Shown in pieces: positions 1 to 12,750 of a stretch of 64,000 nucleotides of DNA. Source of the DNA: Perkinsus chesapeaki ATCC PRA-425. Lineage: Eukaryota > Protista > Perkinsozoa. The notes beneath the pieces were generated by a model. It did no database searches. It was not told where the DNA came from and was given only the letters and a program-made list of their open reading frames with translations. Where the stretch lies: positions 124,001 through 188,000 of the forward strand of contig JAAPAO010000002.1 in assembly GCA_013115145.1 (NCBI GenBank). Reading direction: 5' to 3'. The number at the start of each line of letters is the position of its first letter. Position 1 is the stretch's first letter. Both the position numbers and the translations under genes were made by a program.

Positions 1-616
1 ACTCTAGCTTGACGCCAGGTGGCTGCCGACGAGTCGCTCAGTGTTGACGACGTGATTAGTCTTGTTGAGTCTGAGCCTCGCTATTCGGCCGCGTTGAAAA
101 CAAACGAACCCTCCCGTGGCAAAGAGTCCCGTAGAGTTCCGCTGGTGGGTCACGTAAATCAGAACTCCTTTCAGGTGATCAAAACGCTGACAGATTAGAC
201 CTCGACGACGAGGGTGAAGAAGGTTCCCCGGTGTACGATGTCGACTCGGAGTTACTAAGGACCATTGTCGGTGGCTAACCTTAACTCTCTAATCAACTTC
301 GATTGTAGGTGAATAGCGTTCGTAAACTCGTCCCTGGAGAACCCTACGAACCCACTCGCATTCCCTCGGAGATCTTGCGTGAGCTTCGCCCCGAGGAAAT
401 TCTCGTTATTGATCAACAACGGAACGGGATGGGAGTCAGGTGAAAAGATGACCAGCTTTAATTATAGAGATTCTCTCATATAGATTCTACAAGAACATGA
501 TGCCCGAGCTCCCCATATCAGCCTGCTGCATATGTGGCAGATTCTTCAAGCTGGTTTGCCTCGAGGAGGCAGGATTTTCTGGCAGAGGCGGCTGCCCATG
601 CTGTGGTGAGAGTTGA
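1..616 (+). CDS. IFT122: Intraflagellar transport protein 122, 3' end (5' truncated by window)
   Basis: Manual splicing gives ...YEPTRIPSEILRELRPEEILVIDQQRNGMGVR|FYKNMMPELPISACCICGRFFKLVCLEEAGFSGRGGCPCCGES* (TGA 614-616). This resembles the IFT122 C-terminal zinc-ribbon region (Y..N.MP....CxxC..F.........CPxC). Confidence 0.7.
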
Positions 617-896
617 TGAACAATGCTCAAGACGAGTTATGTATGGTGATCAGTTCTCGGTCCTGGAGACATGGCCAGTCATGGAGCATAAAATCTGTCG
701 ATTATTTCGGATTGGCAATTTGCTGTTGTGTACACTCAGTGGTCAAAAAGGTATAAAGAGTCACTAGTTTTAACGCAAGTGTCAATGTGTCATGATCGCG
801 AATGTGTCATTAAATTATTGCAACGCAACTTTCGGTGGATTCAAGTTCCAATACGCATTTGGATGACAAAGCATGATTAACATAAATGGAAGAAAG

Positions 897-2580
897 TTAC
901 GAAGTAAATGACGGAAGAATTTGCGAGAAAATACGCTTGTGGGAATGAGACACGACACTCACAGCTTCAGAGGCCGAGCATGAGATGCGACTCAGTATGT
1001 GATTTTCAATATTGGATGGAAGTCCGGCTAACTCGCCAAGCCAACGGCGCAAGTTTTCAAAAGCTGGTTCAACTGTCGTTCCGCTATAAGGGAAAGCCGA
1101 GGTCCACAGGAAGTACTTTCCCGAGTAAGCTCGATACCTGCAAATCAGAATCCTTGGGCATTGGATAGAACTAACCCGATTATCACCGCAGTAAGAAGGC
1201 ATTATTAATGATTGGAAAGTCAAAACGATCCACGAAAATGGACGGCCCCTGAATTGGGAAATGAAAGATTCAGAGGGATGGATAGTCTCACTCCGCTCAG
1301 TCGTTTGCGTTCAGCTGATATCATCCTGTTCCATAGATCTGCCAGCTCAGTCAGCGGTGTGGTATCTGAAAAATTGCTGAGTCTACGCAGAAGGTCAGAA
1401 AGGCCGACGCTCACCTCTGCTGAGAGCATGATTTATAATTGCGTGGTATTGCTCCATGCGCTGGATAAAGCTCGAAGCGTCGGACGGGGTAAACGTAGGC
1501 TACCCGGGAAGATCGTTTTATCAGCAATAGCAACGCGGCGCACCACTGGCCCACCTTCGCGGTTCTTCCAGCGAACTCTGAGAAACCTTGTACAGCTCGT
1601 AAACCAACCCAGTCTGCTAGGGCCTCCTCGAGTTCATATGGGATTTTTATACGAGCCTCACGGAGATGAACCTGTGGAGCTCAGTTGAAATACTAGCGCT
1701 AGAGTACTTTCTACATGAAGCGCCTCATGCGCGACAACGAAAACGATCGCTGGGTCTTCATACCTACGAGAGACAATGCTTTAATCACTCCAGCTACGCT
1801 CTATCAACGTACTGTAACAGTCGTTGAGTGATTCTCGCGGAGCGGTTAGCCGCTGTCCTGTAAACGAACGTGTCAAACCTCTTCGCCTTCCATTTCCCCT
1901 CGGCAGCTTCAACGGCTGCTGTGCTATAGCCAAACCCCCTGTATCTGAATTACGGTGAGAATATACCCCATCCGAAGCATTCGATGACTGCTACGGTCTC
2001 TCAGGTGCCGCCTCCTTTGCGAATTCCTCGGGCTGTTCAACTCGATCCGCGTAGCTCACATACAGATAGATTTACGCCTGTTCAGGCGCGGTATACCAAC
2101 CGCTGTAGAAATTCGGAGGTAGATTCAGGCGAAGCTCTGAGCGAAGATATTCGCAGACCTGTGAGCGATAAATGGCCAAAAGGTGCCTCTCGTGGAATAA
2201 GAGCATATGATCGGCCAAGCACTCACGTCCTTGACTAATTCCAGCTTCTGGGCGGGCATTATACAAGGATTCGTGTTGCACTGTGTTTGAGAGAGTGCGC
2301 GGGTCTGGGCCGCGATGGAGCGGTTTCTGGCTCTAGAATCTGTGGTAAGATGTATAGTTGCAGTTATCGTTCTAGCTAATCACTTTCTTGAGCTAATGCT
2401 ATTCGCAACCGCTTCGTTGGCACGCTACCAGAGAGAGCAGAGTCCTTCAGCGCATGTCGGCTTTCGGGCTTCGAACCTGTATGTGAACGCATGAAGAAAA
2501 GCATAATGGACCTCAGCGAACTCACGGATGACTCCTGGGGAGCAACTTGCTGATCTGTAGCGACTCTTGTTACGCGGCAT
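897..2580 (-). CDS. Multi-exon gluzincin-type zinc metallopeptidase (putative aminopeptidase-like)
   Basis: Spliced exons read RYEDPAIVFVVAHEALH|VHLREARIKIPYELEEALADWVGLRAVQGF: HExxH at 1715-1729 and a downstream EExxA at about 1609-1629, joined across a 43-nt GT-AG intron. Proposed start MPRNKSRY at 2580; last exon is ORF 897..1223. Confidence 0.6.
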
Positions 2581-2651
2581 ACGGGAACCCGCCTAACTGA
2601 ACGTCAGAGGTCTGCAAGGATTAACAACGGAAAACAATCAACTTGAGGAAA

Positions 2652-3428
2652 CTAGAAATCCCCTGTCGGATCATCGAAGAACAACTTCAAAGATTTCCCA
2701 GGTTCAACTTGCGCTTGTGGGCTTGTATTCGAGCTGCTACGCTGTCGTCTTTTCTCCAAAGCTTGTAATTTCTTCTGAAGCTTCGCCGCTTTCTTTGCCT
2801 TTCGGTTTCCAAGCCCTCGGCCTCCTGCCATACAAGTGTCGGCTTGCCAAAGACATGCCTTACGTTTCTTCTCCCCCGAGCCTGCGTTATCCTGCCTTGT
2901 AATACGGATGAAATCGAGCTCTTCGGGTGCAGGAATAGGAAGACCTTCGTCGTCGCTCAGAGTTGTGAGAGGTTGTTCCTCTGCATACGGAACTGCTGCT
3001 AGCTCTGCGTGAGTGAAGTGGTCATCACCGACATTCCAGTGGCATTTGCCCAATTTCTCCTCGGAGTCTTCTACAAGATAGGAAATTACTTGACTGTTGC
3101 AACTCGCAATATAGTTCTACCTAGAAGAATGTCTCCGCGTCCTCTGCGAAATGCTGGGCCCTCCCGATCCTCCGGAGAATAACCAAGTCCGCGCCGGCCG
3201 CGGTTAGGGTTCGCATGGACAATGTCATCTTCAACGTTTGGTACCTAATACACCTAACCAATATATTGCACTGAAATGCTGCAGTGCGCTCACATAGCCC
3301 ATTCTCATGAGTAGATCGGCACCGGGGCCGTAGCGTCTCTTTAGCTGACTCTGGTAATCATACCATTTATTTCCATACCGCCCCGAAGTTGAAACAGAGT
3401 CTCGTCGGGGGCTTTCTCCGCCGGACAT
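2652..3428 (-). CDS. G-patch-like, Lys/Arg-rich protein
   Basis: MSGGESPRR...YGPGADLLMRMGY|VPNVEDDIVHANPNRGRRGLGY resembles a shortened G-patch. The last exon is ORF 2652..3053. Confidence 0.45.
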
Positions 3429-3676
3429 TTGAAAGCGATGAGCGCCAATTCCGAGTGCAGCAGGAAACACACAGGATAGCACCGTCCGTCCAGTACGAGT
3501 CTCCGTGCGGTCGGCATCTCGACCATGCTGGGAAAAATACGCAAGCCACAGAGCCCATAGGAAAGAAACGGGTCGGGTCCACTGGACAATTCTACAGTAT
3601 ATGCATTGTAGCTGGGCGTATGGTACAGTCTAGGTCAATAACGACGTCGAGAAACAAGAAATAAATTTCGCACTGG

Positions 3677-4925
3677 CTATAAATTCGGACAGTTTGTCTC
3701 TTGGTAGCGGAGTATTGCATCTTTCACGCACTCATATGTCACAAATGTACACCACTGGGCAGGCATCACCCGTATCTGAAAAGAGACATCATCGGACAGT
3801 GCCGATAACAATCAAGATCTCACCAAAGAGACACCCACTCCTCTGTAAAAGCCACGCACGCCGTCTTTGGATATGGTACTGAGTACAAGATACCATTAAA
3901 GCTTGTACCTTGTGTTACCTCCTGATGGAATTCCAAATGTTGTCGTATTTGTAGCCTCTGACCCCGGCATCCCGCATTCGTACAGTCAGCACTGTTATAG
4001 GATTAGTTATTATCTGCGGGAGATATTCTACTGGGAAGCGTCGACTCCCTCTTGCTCACCATCGATGCGGACTTGGCTATAGTAGTTGCCACCATAGTGT
4101 CGACCGGGCTAAGTTGTTCAACCCCATGAAACGCTTGTAGTTTTGACCTGAGCCGCAAGTAGAAAGCTATTTTATAGGCAGACATGTTCGTTACCTCATC
4201 GATTCGTAAACCATAAATTGTACTGCTCCCTGAGTGCAGCCCCAGAGGCCGGGTGCCTATGGACACGTACATAGATCGATCAAATACAAACTTACTAGTC
4301 CTCTATAAAAACCAGATAGTCCTTCCGATCGATAAAGTCCTCGGATACAGCCTAGAGTCCCACCAGGGTAGACACCCAGCTGAACATTGAGCTTCACTAC
4401 CCAGAGAGGGCATAATAGTGCTTGGACCTATTAAGAACATTGAACTACGAGAATAGTAATTCAACGTGTTACCGCGCATCCGGCAGCGAAGGCGCTGACA
4501 AGATGATTCCAAGCTGGAGGAAGGCTCATCGGATTAGACTCCTTTAATACGTTGTACCTAGCTTGGAAAAGATATTCTACATAGTGGGAATATGGACGAC
4601 CAACTCACCCGTAAAAATACTGGCCCCAGGCAAGTGATGCTCCCGTGAGACTAATACCTGACAGTGAGATACATGCTGTCGGTGTAAAATAGCGTGCCTT
4701 ACCAAAACCCTTATAGAGGCTGGCCCGGACTCCTTCCTTCTGCACGACGTCCTTGAAAATTGCTCGGAGATTAGGGCGGCCTGCTCCATTGTAGTGGCGC
4801 TGTGTATGCACCTTCACTAGCTCTAGCGGATAAAGGGCCGCTGTTGCACCTGGATACAGAAGAGTCAACTTCAGTGGACGGCAAAGAGGAACTACAGAGC
4901 CCGCTAAGAAATCCAGCCACGCCAT
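3677..4925 (-). CDS. Mitochondrial carrier family protein (folate/FAD carrier SLC25A32-like)
   Basis: Carrier signature YPLELVKVHTQ, KEGVRASLYKGFG, ISLTGASLAWGQYF, KDGVRGFYRGVG and terminal RVMPAQWCTFVTYE. TAG at 3677-3679. Confidence 0.85.
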
Positions 4926-5183
4926 GCGCATTAATCTGACAAGCGTGCGCCGCCACTGCGGACGAAACAGCCGGCCCAATGCCAGTGAAAGAGACTGGAC
5001 CGTCTCTGCCGCCGGCCAGGGGCGATGACCGAGCCGACATGGGGGGTGAAAACGACTTCCAAATGACGACTGTATACCAACTCGGAGAACTCAAAAGCTT
5101 CTGTAGGATCGGATTCAGTAACGATGAGAACGATGATAGCAATTTCGATGTAAACTTATTTCAACAAGATCGAGCAGAGGAAG

Positions 5184-7519
5184 TTATATTTGGACTGCAA
5201 CCGCGGCCCCGGAAATGTTGTCTCCTGCAGCTATTGTGGCGACAGGCTTCGTGCAGATGATATTGGGGCTGAGGCAGATGGTGACCTTATCCGTGGACTC
5301 GGCATCGCGTGTGTCATCCCAACACACAACCTAAGTAGGAGGTCATATTTAGAAGTAAGAAGGTATCACCCCATTGTTATGCTTGGTCTTTATAACATCA
5401 CGCCTCTGGGCCAGATCCTCATCCTCGCTATCCACAAAAGTATCATACAGGAGAACCTTAGAAAAAGAAGCATAATCATCTGCGTACACCTACCATTCCT
5501 CCAGTACCTTTCCTTTACTTAGATCTATATCTTCATCAGTCTTAAATCCACATACATGTCGGAATGCGATTAAACTAGCTTTACTCATAGCCTCGGCTCT
5601 GAAAATGAATTCACCCTACCAGTTGCACCAACATAGCCAATAGCTACGTTCGATTCCATGCACCTGTCTTGACCATAACGGCCTGGAAGGCTAACGTATG
5701 AACGTGTATTCGGGAGACTTGTCTTGGGGAAGTGCTGATATAACAGAACTGATAGGCACATAGCGAAGATCACAGGCATTACGAGTTCTCATTGGCCTTT
5801 TCAATCAGCTGCCAGAGATTCCTTAAAGCGTCCAGAACGCTTCGTACTTTTGGCCTGGAATCCGATGCGCGAATAAGCCCCGCGTCGCCCGTCGCGGATT
5901 TACTGACAAGAAGTGTAAGCAGCAAGAACGCGTACAGCCCGCAATCTCTTAACGACGCAAGCTGCCCGGAATGCACACCTGAAACTACCTTAAAAAATCC
6001 GTAAAGGTAGCAAGCTCTTGCTCGTTCATCCCGAGACTATCTATTCTCGTAAGCATGCCAGTATCGTAGAGCTCCTTCATAAATTTAGCTGAAAGGTCCG
6101 GATGAGCCTCATGGACACCGTGGGAATTCGGGATGACTTACAGTTAGCAAAACTGGCAAGCTCGACATGGACCTTCACGGAGGGGTCCTGTTCATCTATG
6201 AGCTGTCGCGCTCGCTGGAGTCTTTGCAAACGCTCTCCGTCAGATGGGAAAGGGAATCTGAGGGAAGTGTCTTTACGCTCTTAACTTTAGGGGCTACTAC
6301 CCATCCATCATCTGAAAAGCGCCCAGGACGAGCGCGTCTGGGTTGAAGGCTCCCGAATTAATCTCTTCCTCAACTTCCTCTATACCACGCAGGTACGGGG
6401 AGTGAGCATCGCTGTGAAGCGCTGAAACAAAGGACTTTAGGGAATGGCCAGTTTATCGATTATAGATGCTATGCTAATGCAGCCTACTTACCTAGGCGAT
6501 TCGCGCGCGGGCAAGTGTCGTTTCCCCATTGCTCGTCCGAGACGCTCTCAAGGATGATATGAATATCATCACTATCTGGAGATAAGCCTGCTGGGTCTTG
6601 CCAAGACATCGTTTAATGTACCTTCCGGGGAAGAGGGGGCCAAGCCTCCCGCCACAGGCAAGGGAGTGGCGAACTGATCTCGGAGCTCTTTCGAGACGTG
6701 CGCGCCGAGCAAGACCTTATGTCCCTGAAATAGCCAAAGTACCATCAAAACTCGGCAATCTCCTGAGGAATCCCGGTATGACCTCCATTTGTATCCGGCA
6801 TCCCATATGAGGAGCGTTGCCGCCGAACCTCCAGAAACTGCCATAGTTGTCTCCAAACCCGCGCACGCCGCTCACCAGCTCGTCGAATAGAGTCTTGTTC
6901 GAGACGTACCTAGCGCTCCTCTAATGTAAGCCTTAAGGATCAACCCAAATACCTCTCAGCTGCAGCTCCATGCTCGAAAAAGTAATGGAAAGTTTCGGCG
7001 AGGTCTTGCGGGCTAGTAATGACGTCGTGGTCCTGTGGGTGCTCAACTGGCCCAATCTTGAGCTGAGTAACACAGAAAATTATTTACTCCTCAGCCTTCA
7101 ACTGCATCAGGTTACCTCCTTCAAAAGCTCTGTGCCACGAGTCACACCATCCAGGCATGCGCCGAAGCCGAGGACAACGTTCTTTGGATGAGCCTCGATT
7201 CGTTGACGTGTTGCAGCCTCTTCCGACAACTGCGCCTACGTCAATATGTAATACTTCCTTACCAACTACATGAACTCGCGCTACTTGCAAAAGCTCAGCT
7301 TTATCAATCAGCTTTCTATCCGGTGGATGAACAAATGCCTTATTCTGATGTACAGTCGGGTGACCACCGTATTCTCCCCCCAAGTATCTACCGAGCAGGC
7401 CTGTAAGCCGAACCACTTGTACGCCAACTCCATTCTTACACATATGTCACCGCGACGAAGACAACCAGCAAAGGTAAAAATGCATGTATCAGCGTCGGGA
7501 GTACTCCACCCTCAACCAT
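5184..7519 (-). CDS. ADPGK: ADP-dependent glucokinase with N-terminal hydrophobic anchor
   Basis: Spliced motifs KNVVLGFGACLDG, VHVELASF, IDSLGMNEQEL and C-terminal CLSPNIICTKPVATIAAGDNISGAAVAVQI* are typical of the ADPGK/PfkC family. First exon MVEGGVLPTLIHAFLPLLVVFVAVTY. Confidence 0.85.
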
Positions 7520-7528
7520 TATCAGTGG

Positions 7529-7550
7529 CTGCTAAAAACAAGAAACTAAA
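7529..7550 (-). promoter_or_regulatory. Putative trans-splice acceptor (polypyrimidine tract plus AG) upstream of ADPGK
   Basis: Minus strand tttagtttcttgtttttagcag lies 9 nt before the ATG, and no upstream coding donor is obvious. SL trans-splicing is known in perkinsids and dinoflagellates. Confidence 0.35.
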
Positions 7551-7999
7551 CCGCCCACTTCCAAGTGCTCTCTAGCCTCGCCGATTCTGTCGTGGAACTC
7601 AACGTACAAACAGCAAGTGATAGCAACATCATTTACATACAAGTGCATTTCTAAAGCTCATGATTTCCAGTGCGGTCTGCAGACACGACCCTGTATGAGT
7701 TGGATGTACCCTGGAGAGGAAAATCCTCATCACATTCATTGTAGAAAAGAACGCTATTGAGTAGTCGATACCTGAGCGAACTGCTGAGCTACATACTATA
7801 CTCTTACTCCCATATTCTTACACGAAAGTATACAAGCAAATTACTAATAGTGAAAGGAGACAGCTTCTTGTGTAGGATTTGCGGTGCTTCGGAGGGCGTT
7901 TAGACATCAAAATGGAACTAGACGGCATGTACTACGAGCGTCTTTGTGAACCCAACTCCCGAATAGATTACACCAAGCAACATGGGTGGTGGATTAGTC

Positions 8000-9045
8000 T
8001 TAAAAGGCATTATGATCGAATTCTAAGGAGCATCCTGAAACGAAAATCCTGTTACAAGCTCGAGAGGAAAGACGAAAGCCCTAACAGCTCACTTTAGTGG
8101 CCAGAAGACCCAACTCAAGAGATGTCTGATAAATCGTGCTAATATTGCGCACCTCCCAACCAGGCTGACAGAACGATAGGTATGCCTTGCACGCCAGTCG
8201 CCAGGACTCTCCTCGTTAATACCTCAGCAGTACTCCAGTCTGCTTGACGCTCCTCCTCAGTTAGTCCCCAAAGCTGCCCTCCGCCGGTGACTGTGACATC
8301 AACCTCCGAACCATCATCGTTGACTTCGCCGGCAGATTGCTCGTCGCCATCGTCCCCTATACAGCTTCGTTCGCCAGAGCTCCTCCAACCGTGAACCCTT
8401 ACCGTCTGGAGTGCTTGCTGAGCTTGATAAGTTCTTGACAGTATTCAAACGAGAAACTGATGAAGAAACCTGGGCATTGCACCTCGGAATGACGCGAGCC
8501 TCCTACTTCCCGACATGAACGTCTGCATAGTCCGCAAAGTCTTGGCGGACTTCACCCAGAGGTCGTGAATGGCTCTTCGGTCAGCCATGGGGTACCACTC
8601 TCTCAGAAAAACGACCACATAGTTGCACAACTGCTTAAGAACCTGCAACGGCGGTCGGGCAAAAGCAGTGGCAGACCGCGCCAAGACCTTCGTGTGCCCG
8701 ACGTTGCGAGGATCGAACAGCTCGTCATTGTCAAAGGTTTTCCTCTTGCCCTCGACGCAAATGAACTGCAGTACCCCAGTTGTAGTTCTCTTATCGAACA
8801 ACGGGTATGAATGGAGGACATATCTGTATGAAGTAGTTACGAGCGAGCAAACCATACACGAGCACGTTTCTTCCTTGGATGAGTCTCGCCGATGGATATA
8901 GCTCTCGGATGAGTCAGGCGGGGAAAGGTCCACAGAAGGGTCGTAAATAGCTGCAAGCTTATCCGGCTGAGAAGAGTGGCTCCGATGATTTCGATTTTTT
9001 TGTGAACCTTACTTGCCCCTTTTTCGGTGTACCGTCATCCGTCAT
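8000..9045 (-). CDS. Hypothetical multi-exon protein (boundaries approximate; may be continuous with the upstream GAF gene)
   Basis: Protein-like 162-aa ORF 8445..8933 containing CSCMVC, flanked by plausible short GT-AG introns. No family recognised. Confidence 0.4.
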
Positions 9046-12000
9046 AGATGGCAAAGTGAAAGTTTGCGGGCAGCGCGAGCGGACCTGTTGTATCGCGATA
9101 CCGAATTGAGTTCAGCGTACCAATCCCCTACTGTGTGTCCGACTACACCCGTCATTCCCTTAGCACATGGTCTCAGTTGTCTGTCCAGCTGTTTAGAATC
9201 TATTTGAGAAGACCGCCGTCCGAACGAGGCGTCCTCATGATGGTGTTGCACTCCGCCGGCCACCTAAGAAGGCTTGAGCCGAGAGCCACGGTTGGTAGTT
9301 ACAAATTGCGCGGTGACGTCCCCGACGACCAGATGCAAAGCGACTTTTTTTGCATGGAAAAGCTCGTTCAGGTACCTTGAGTATACAAATAATCGACAGT
9401 TGTTCATCGAACTGTGAGAGACAGTATAGAGACAAAATGTAACCCACGCATCGCATGGTATTCATCTTCAGAGTGTCCAAACAGTAAAGTACACCAGAGC
9501 ACCCCGGTATTACAAACTCAGCATCCCCATAAGCGCACTTGGACTTGTGCAGTGCTGCATCATCTCCGTGGCGAACTGTAACAAATACCCTTGACCTGCC
9601 CACGCTAGATAAATGGACTTCTCGCAAAGATGATAGCTCACGCTTCATCGACCATCCACTAACGGCAGTCTTCTCAAAGACCAACAGCATCTCCAGTCCG
9701 AGCACCTGGATAGTAACTCGCTCTCACCCCGACTATATAGACTACCGCAATGTTCCGCAGGATGATTTCATCGTCATGATCAAATATCGGATCGCGTCTC
9801 TTATTAACCGCTTGTACCTAGTTAGTACACGGTTCAATATTATCTGATGGCAAGCACCGCATGAATTACAATGCAGGTGACCTTTCCGTCGTTCACTATT
9901 GGCACGCAAAGCACAGACCGTGTGCGATAGTTAGTAATACGGTCGAAACTGACATCAACAATAGAGCAAGAGAACGAGGAGTCGGCGAACCTGCTATTGA
10001 ATCTCTTATCCTCGTAAGCATCATATATACTAACAGAATCCCGCAGAAGATAAGCACTCGCCACCAACCCTATCCCCTCAGCATAAGGATCAGTCCCCCG
10101 TTTCGGTAGCTCCACCTTCCAACCGCCATACAGAGCAAATCACATACAGCCTATTACCTCTAGGCGGTCGTAATCGGTCTCCTCTGCGTTCTGCACGTAT
10201 GTCCACATGATTCCCTGCGTCGCGTCCACCACCCAAATAGAACCACGGTCGCAGTCGAGAGCTTCGCAACTGATGTTCTACAAGCAAAAGAGATATAAGT
10301 GGTCAGATCTTCATCGGGTTAATACAATTAATGTGTTGATTAGGTGATCAATCGCATGCACTTCGAAAAGACTCTTCAAGCGGCCGAAGGCTCTTGAGAT
10401 TGCGGCCGAATACCTATTAGACGTACTCAAGTCGTCAATACCAAAGGCGATGGCAGAGTCTAGCTGTACTTCTGCTGGGCCCAAAACTCTGTTCCCAATG
10501 CGTTAATACAATCGAGCCTGCCACGTTCGGTCGCCACAAAGTCCGCATCGCAGAGGTATGGTAGAGTACACCGCCCACGAGTCGAAGTGACCTGGAATAC
10601 CAATAGCCTACCCAATTCTCTGAGCAGTAACATACCATCGTCAAAAAGTCGATTTGCTGTGGTGATAAATTCATGAAGGCTTTGGGAATTGGAACGCCGT
10701 TAGACTTAAACGGCGCAATCTGAGAGCACTTGTTTCCATAGCTGAACCCCAGAGATTTACTACCAATGTAGTACCGCGTTGCTTATAAGGAGTAATGACC
10801 GGCAATTTATCAATTTTGTGGCCGACCGCATCACCGAGAATGCTCTTGAGATGGGATACTGTATTGACGAAGCCATATCTGCCCGAACACCTACCGACAG
10901 GCGGATGCACTAGACATACCCGGCAGCCAAAGGGCTCTCGTTCATTATCTTCCATACCACCTGCGTCAACTTCGACCGGGCCTCTTCATCCGAGTTAGCC
11001 CTGTCCACCACAGACGTTTCGGGTCCAATGACGCTCTACTATTACGCTAGCAGTTTTTCATGGTACGCTATCAGCGACACAACCTCGGCTTCAAGAACAG
11101 CGCTCTTGGCCATCCACCATTTCTTCTGCCTCTCCAAAACAGTCATTTGTTGTATCTGACGCCATCAACTTCCACCCTGAGAACTCGTATTATAAGCTAC
11201 GCTTGTTGCCAACTGATTTGCCAAGTAGCGTGCTCGCTTAGCATGTAAACCTTTATCATCAGCTATCCTCGTGCCTGTAATCGCAACAAATTTAGGGGAT
11301 ATAATTCTTCCATATATGCACCTCGAGAGGTCCTTGGGCCGTCACGCGGCTGGTTATTCGGGTCTCCGGCGCCTTCCTTCTCTGCCGTTACAACAGCCAG
11401 TTCGTGTTGCAGTATACCCACGTTTCTCGACAGATGCTCGAACCTTTTATAACATAAAAATCGGGTAAAGGCCTCTTCAACTACCTTTGAGCGTCTGCAT
11501 TAGCCCTTCTCTGCAGGACTTCACATTCCTTTGTCTTGTTCGCCAACTCAATCTTGGCAACCGTGAGGTCGGACTCGAGCTTTTTCACCTGGAAGTATGC
11601 CATGTAGCAAGCCTACGGAAAGGTTAGTTCTCACCTGCCTCTCAAGCGTATTGCATTTTTGAACTGCAGACCCATGGTCCATGGCGGTCGTATGCAACTG
11701 CGCGCAGATTGAATGCAGCTTTCTTGTCTACACACAGCCTACTACCTTCTTTGCCAGTTCAACAATGCGCGACTCGGCACAAACGCAGTCACCCAACTCC
11801 TGCGAAATACTTTCTATTGCACGCATGCCCTCGGGGATATCTTTCCGTCGCGAAAGCAAGGTTAGCGCACCACGAACTTGATCCCAACCTAATACACCAG
11901 ATCACCAAGCCCTGTAAAAAAGTTGGTCGGCCCCGGCAAAACCGATTTCGCATGCCAATTCACCCGCTCAGTTATTACGCCATTTTTGCTTTTCCACTAT

Positions 12001-12750
12001 TTCCACACACATCTCCAATAGCTCTGCCACCTAACCATGTCGAATAAGAGCAACAGTATTCTAGTGAGCGCTCACTACCTTATTGTCCATCTTGGGTTCG
12101 CCAGTTTTGTTCAACAAAGTGATATCATCACATGCCTCCCTGATGTCATTGAGTCTTTGTTTGTAACATCCACGGCTCCGAGACGATAAATCAGTTCTGA
12201 GCAGTCACATTTGACTCGAGCAAACGCTTCTATCTGTAGCAGCCCACTTCCAGGTCGAAGCTGAAACTCCAGCTAGTGAATCCACAGAGACGTCATGCGT
12301 CCACGAGCTAGCTGTCGTCTGGTCATGCTCATGCGGCTCATGTACTTTGTCTCGTTTCGCAGCCGCTGCATGCAAGAAACGTGTTAACAGCAGCTCAATG
12401 GCACTCGCATGGAACTATTTTATAGGTATTACCAGCCTTCTTCTTTTTCTTTTTCGGTGATTTCGGATCGTATATGGCGGGAAGTCTCGTACCCTAAAAT
12501 CGAGCTTTCATCAGAAGCATCGAATCCGAGCAATGAGAGCTAGAGAATTGCCACGTATTCGCTGCTTTCCCGAGTGCCAGTAGGCCGCAGAAAAAAGTAT
12601 CCCCACAAGAGCTCACCCATGAGCGGTTCTGGCTTTCCCGCTGCCTCGTTACCAGACAGACTGTTCGCATTTCATGAATGTCGGGTGCTGAAGAAGTGTT
12701 CAGTAGCATTGCGATGAAACAGCATAGCGATGTTGCGCTAATCAATCGTA
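9042..12750 (-). CDS. Coiled-coil plus GAF-domain protein (multi-exon; ends approximate)
   Basis: Exons at 9840-10115 read GIGLVASAYLLRDSVSIYDAYEDKRF...DRITNYRTRSVLCVPI, followed by DDDEIILRNIA, a GAF consensus. Upstream exons are heptad-like (KKLESDLTVAKIELANKTKECEVLQRR). Confidence 0.6.

Noticed and set aside
897-3428. A G-patch-gluzincin fusion protein
   Set aside because: The G-patch-like frame has an in-frame TAG at 2652 with no usable donor before it, and a separate acceptor and ATG precede the peptidase at 2580.
3622-3636. DLDCT, a HAD-like DxDxT motif on the minus strand
   Set aside because: The frame closes a few codons later and the site is intergenic. No other HAD motifs.
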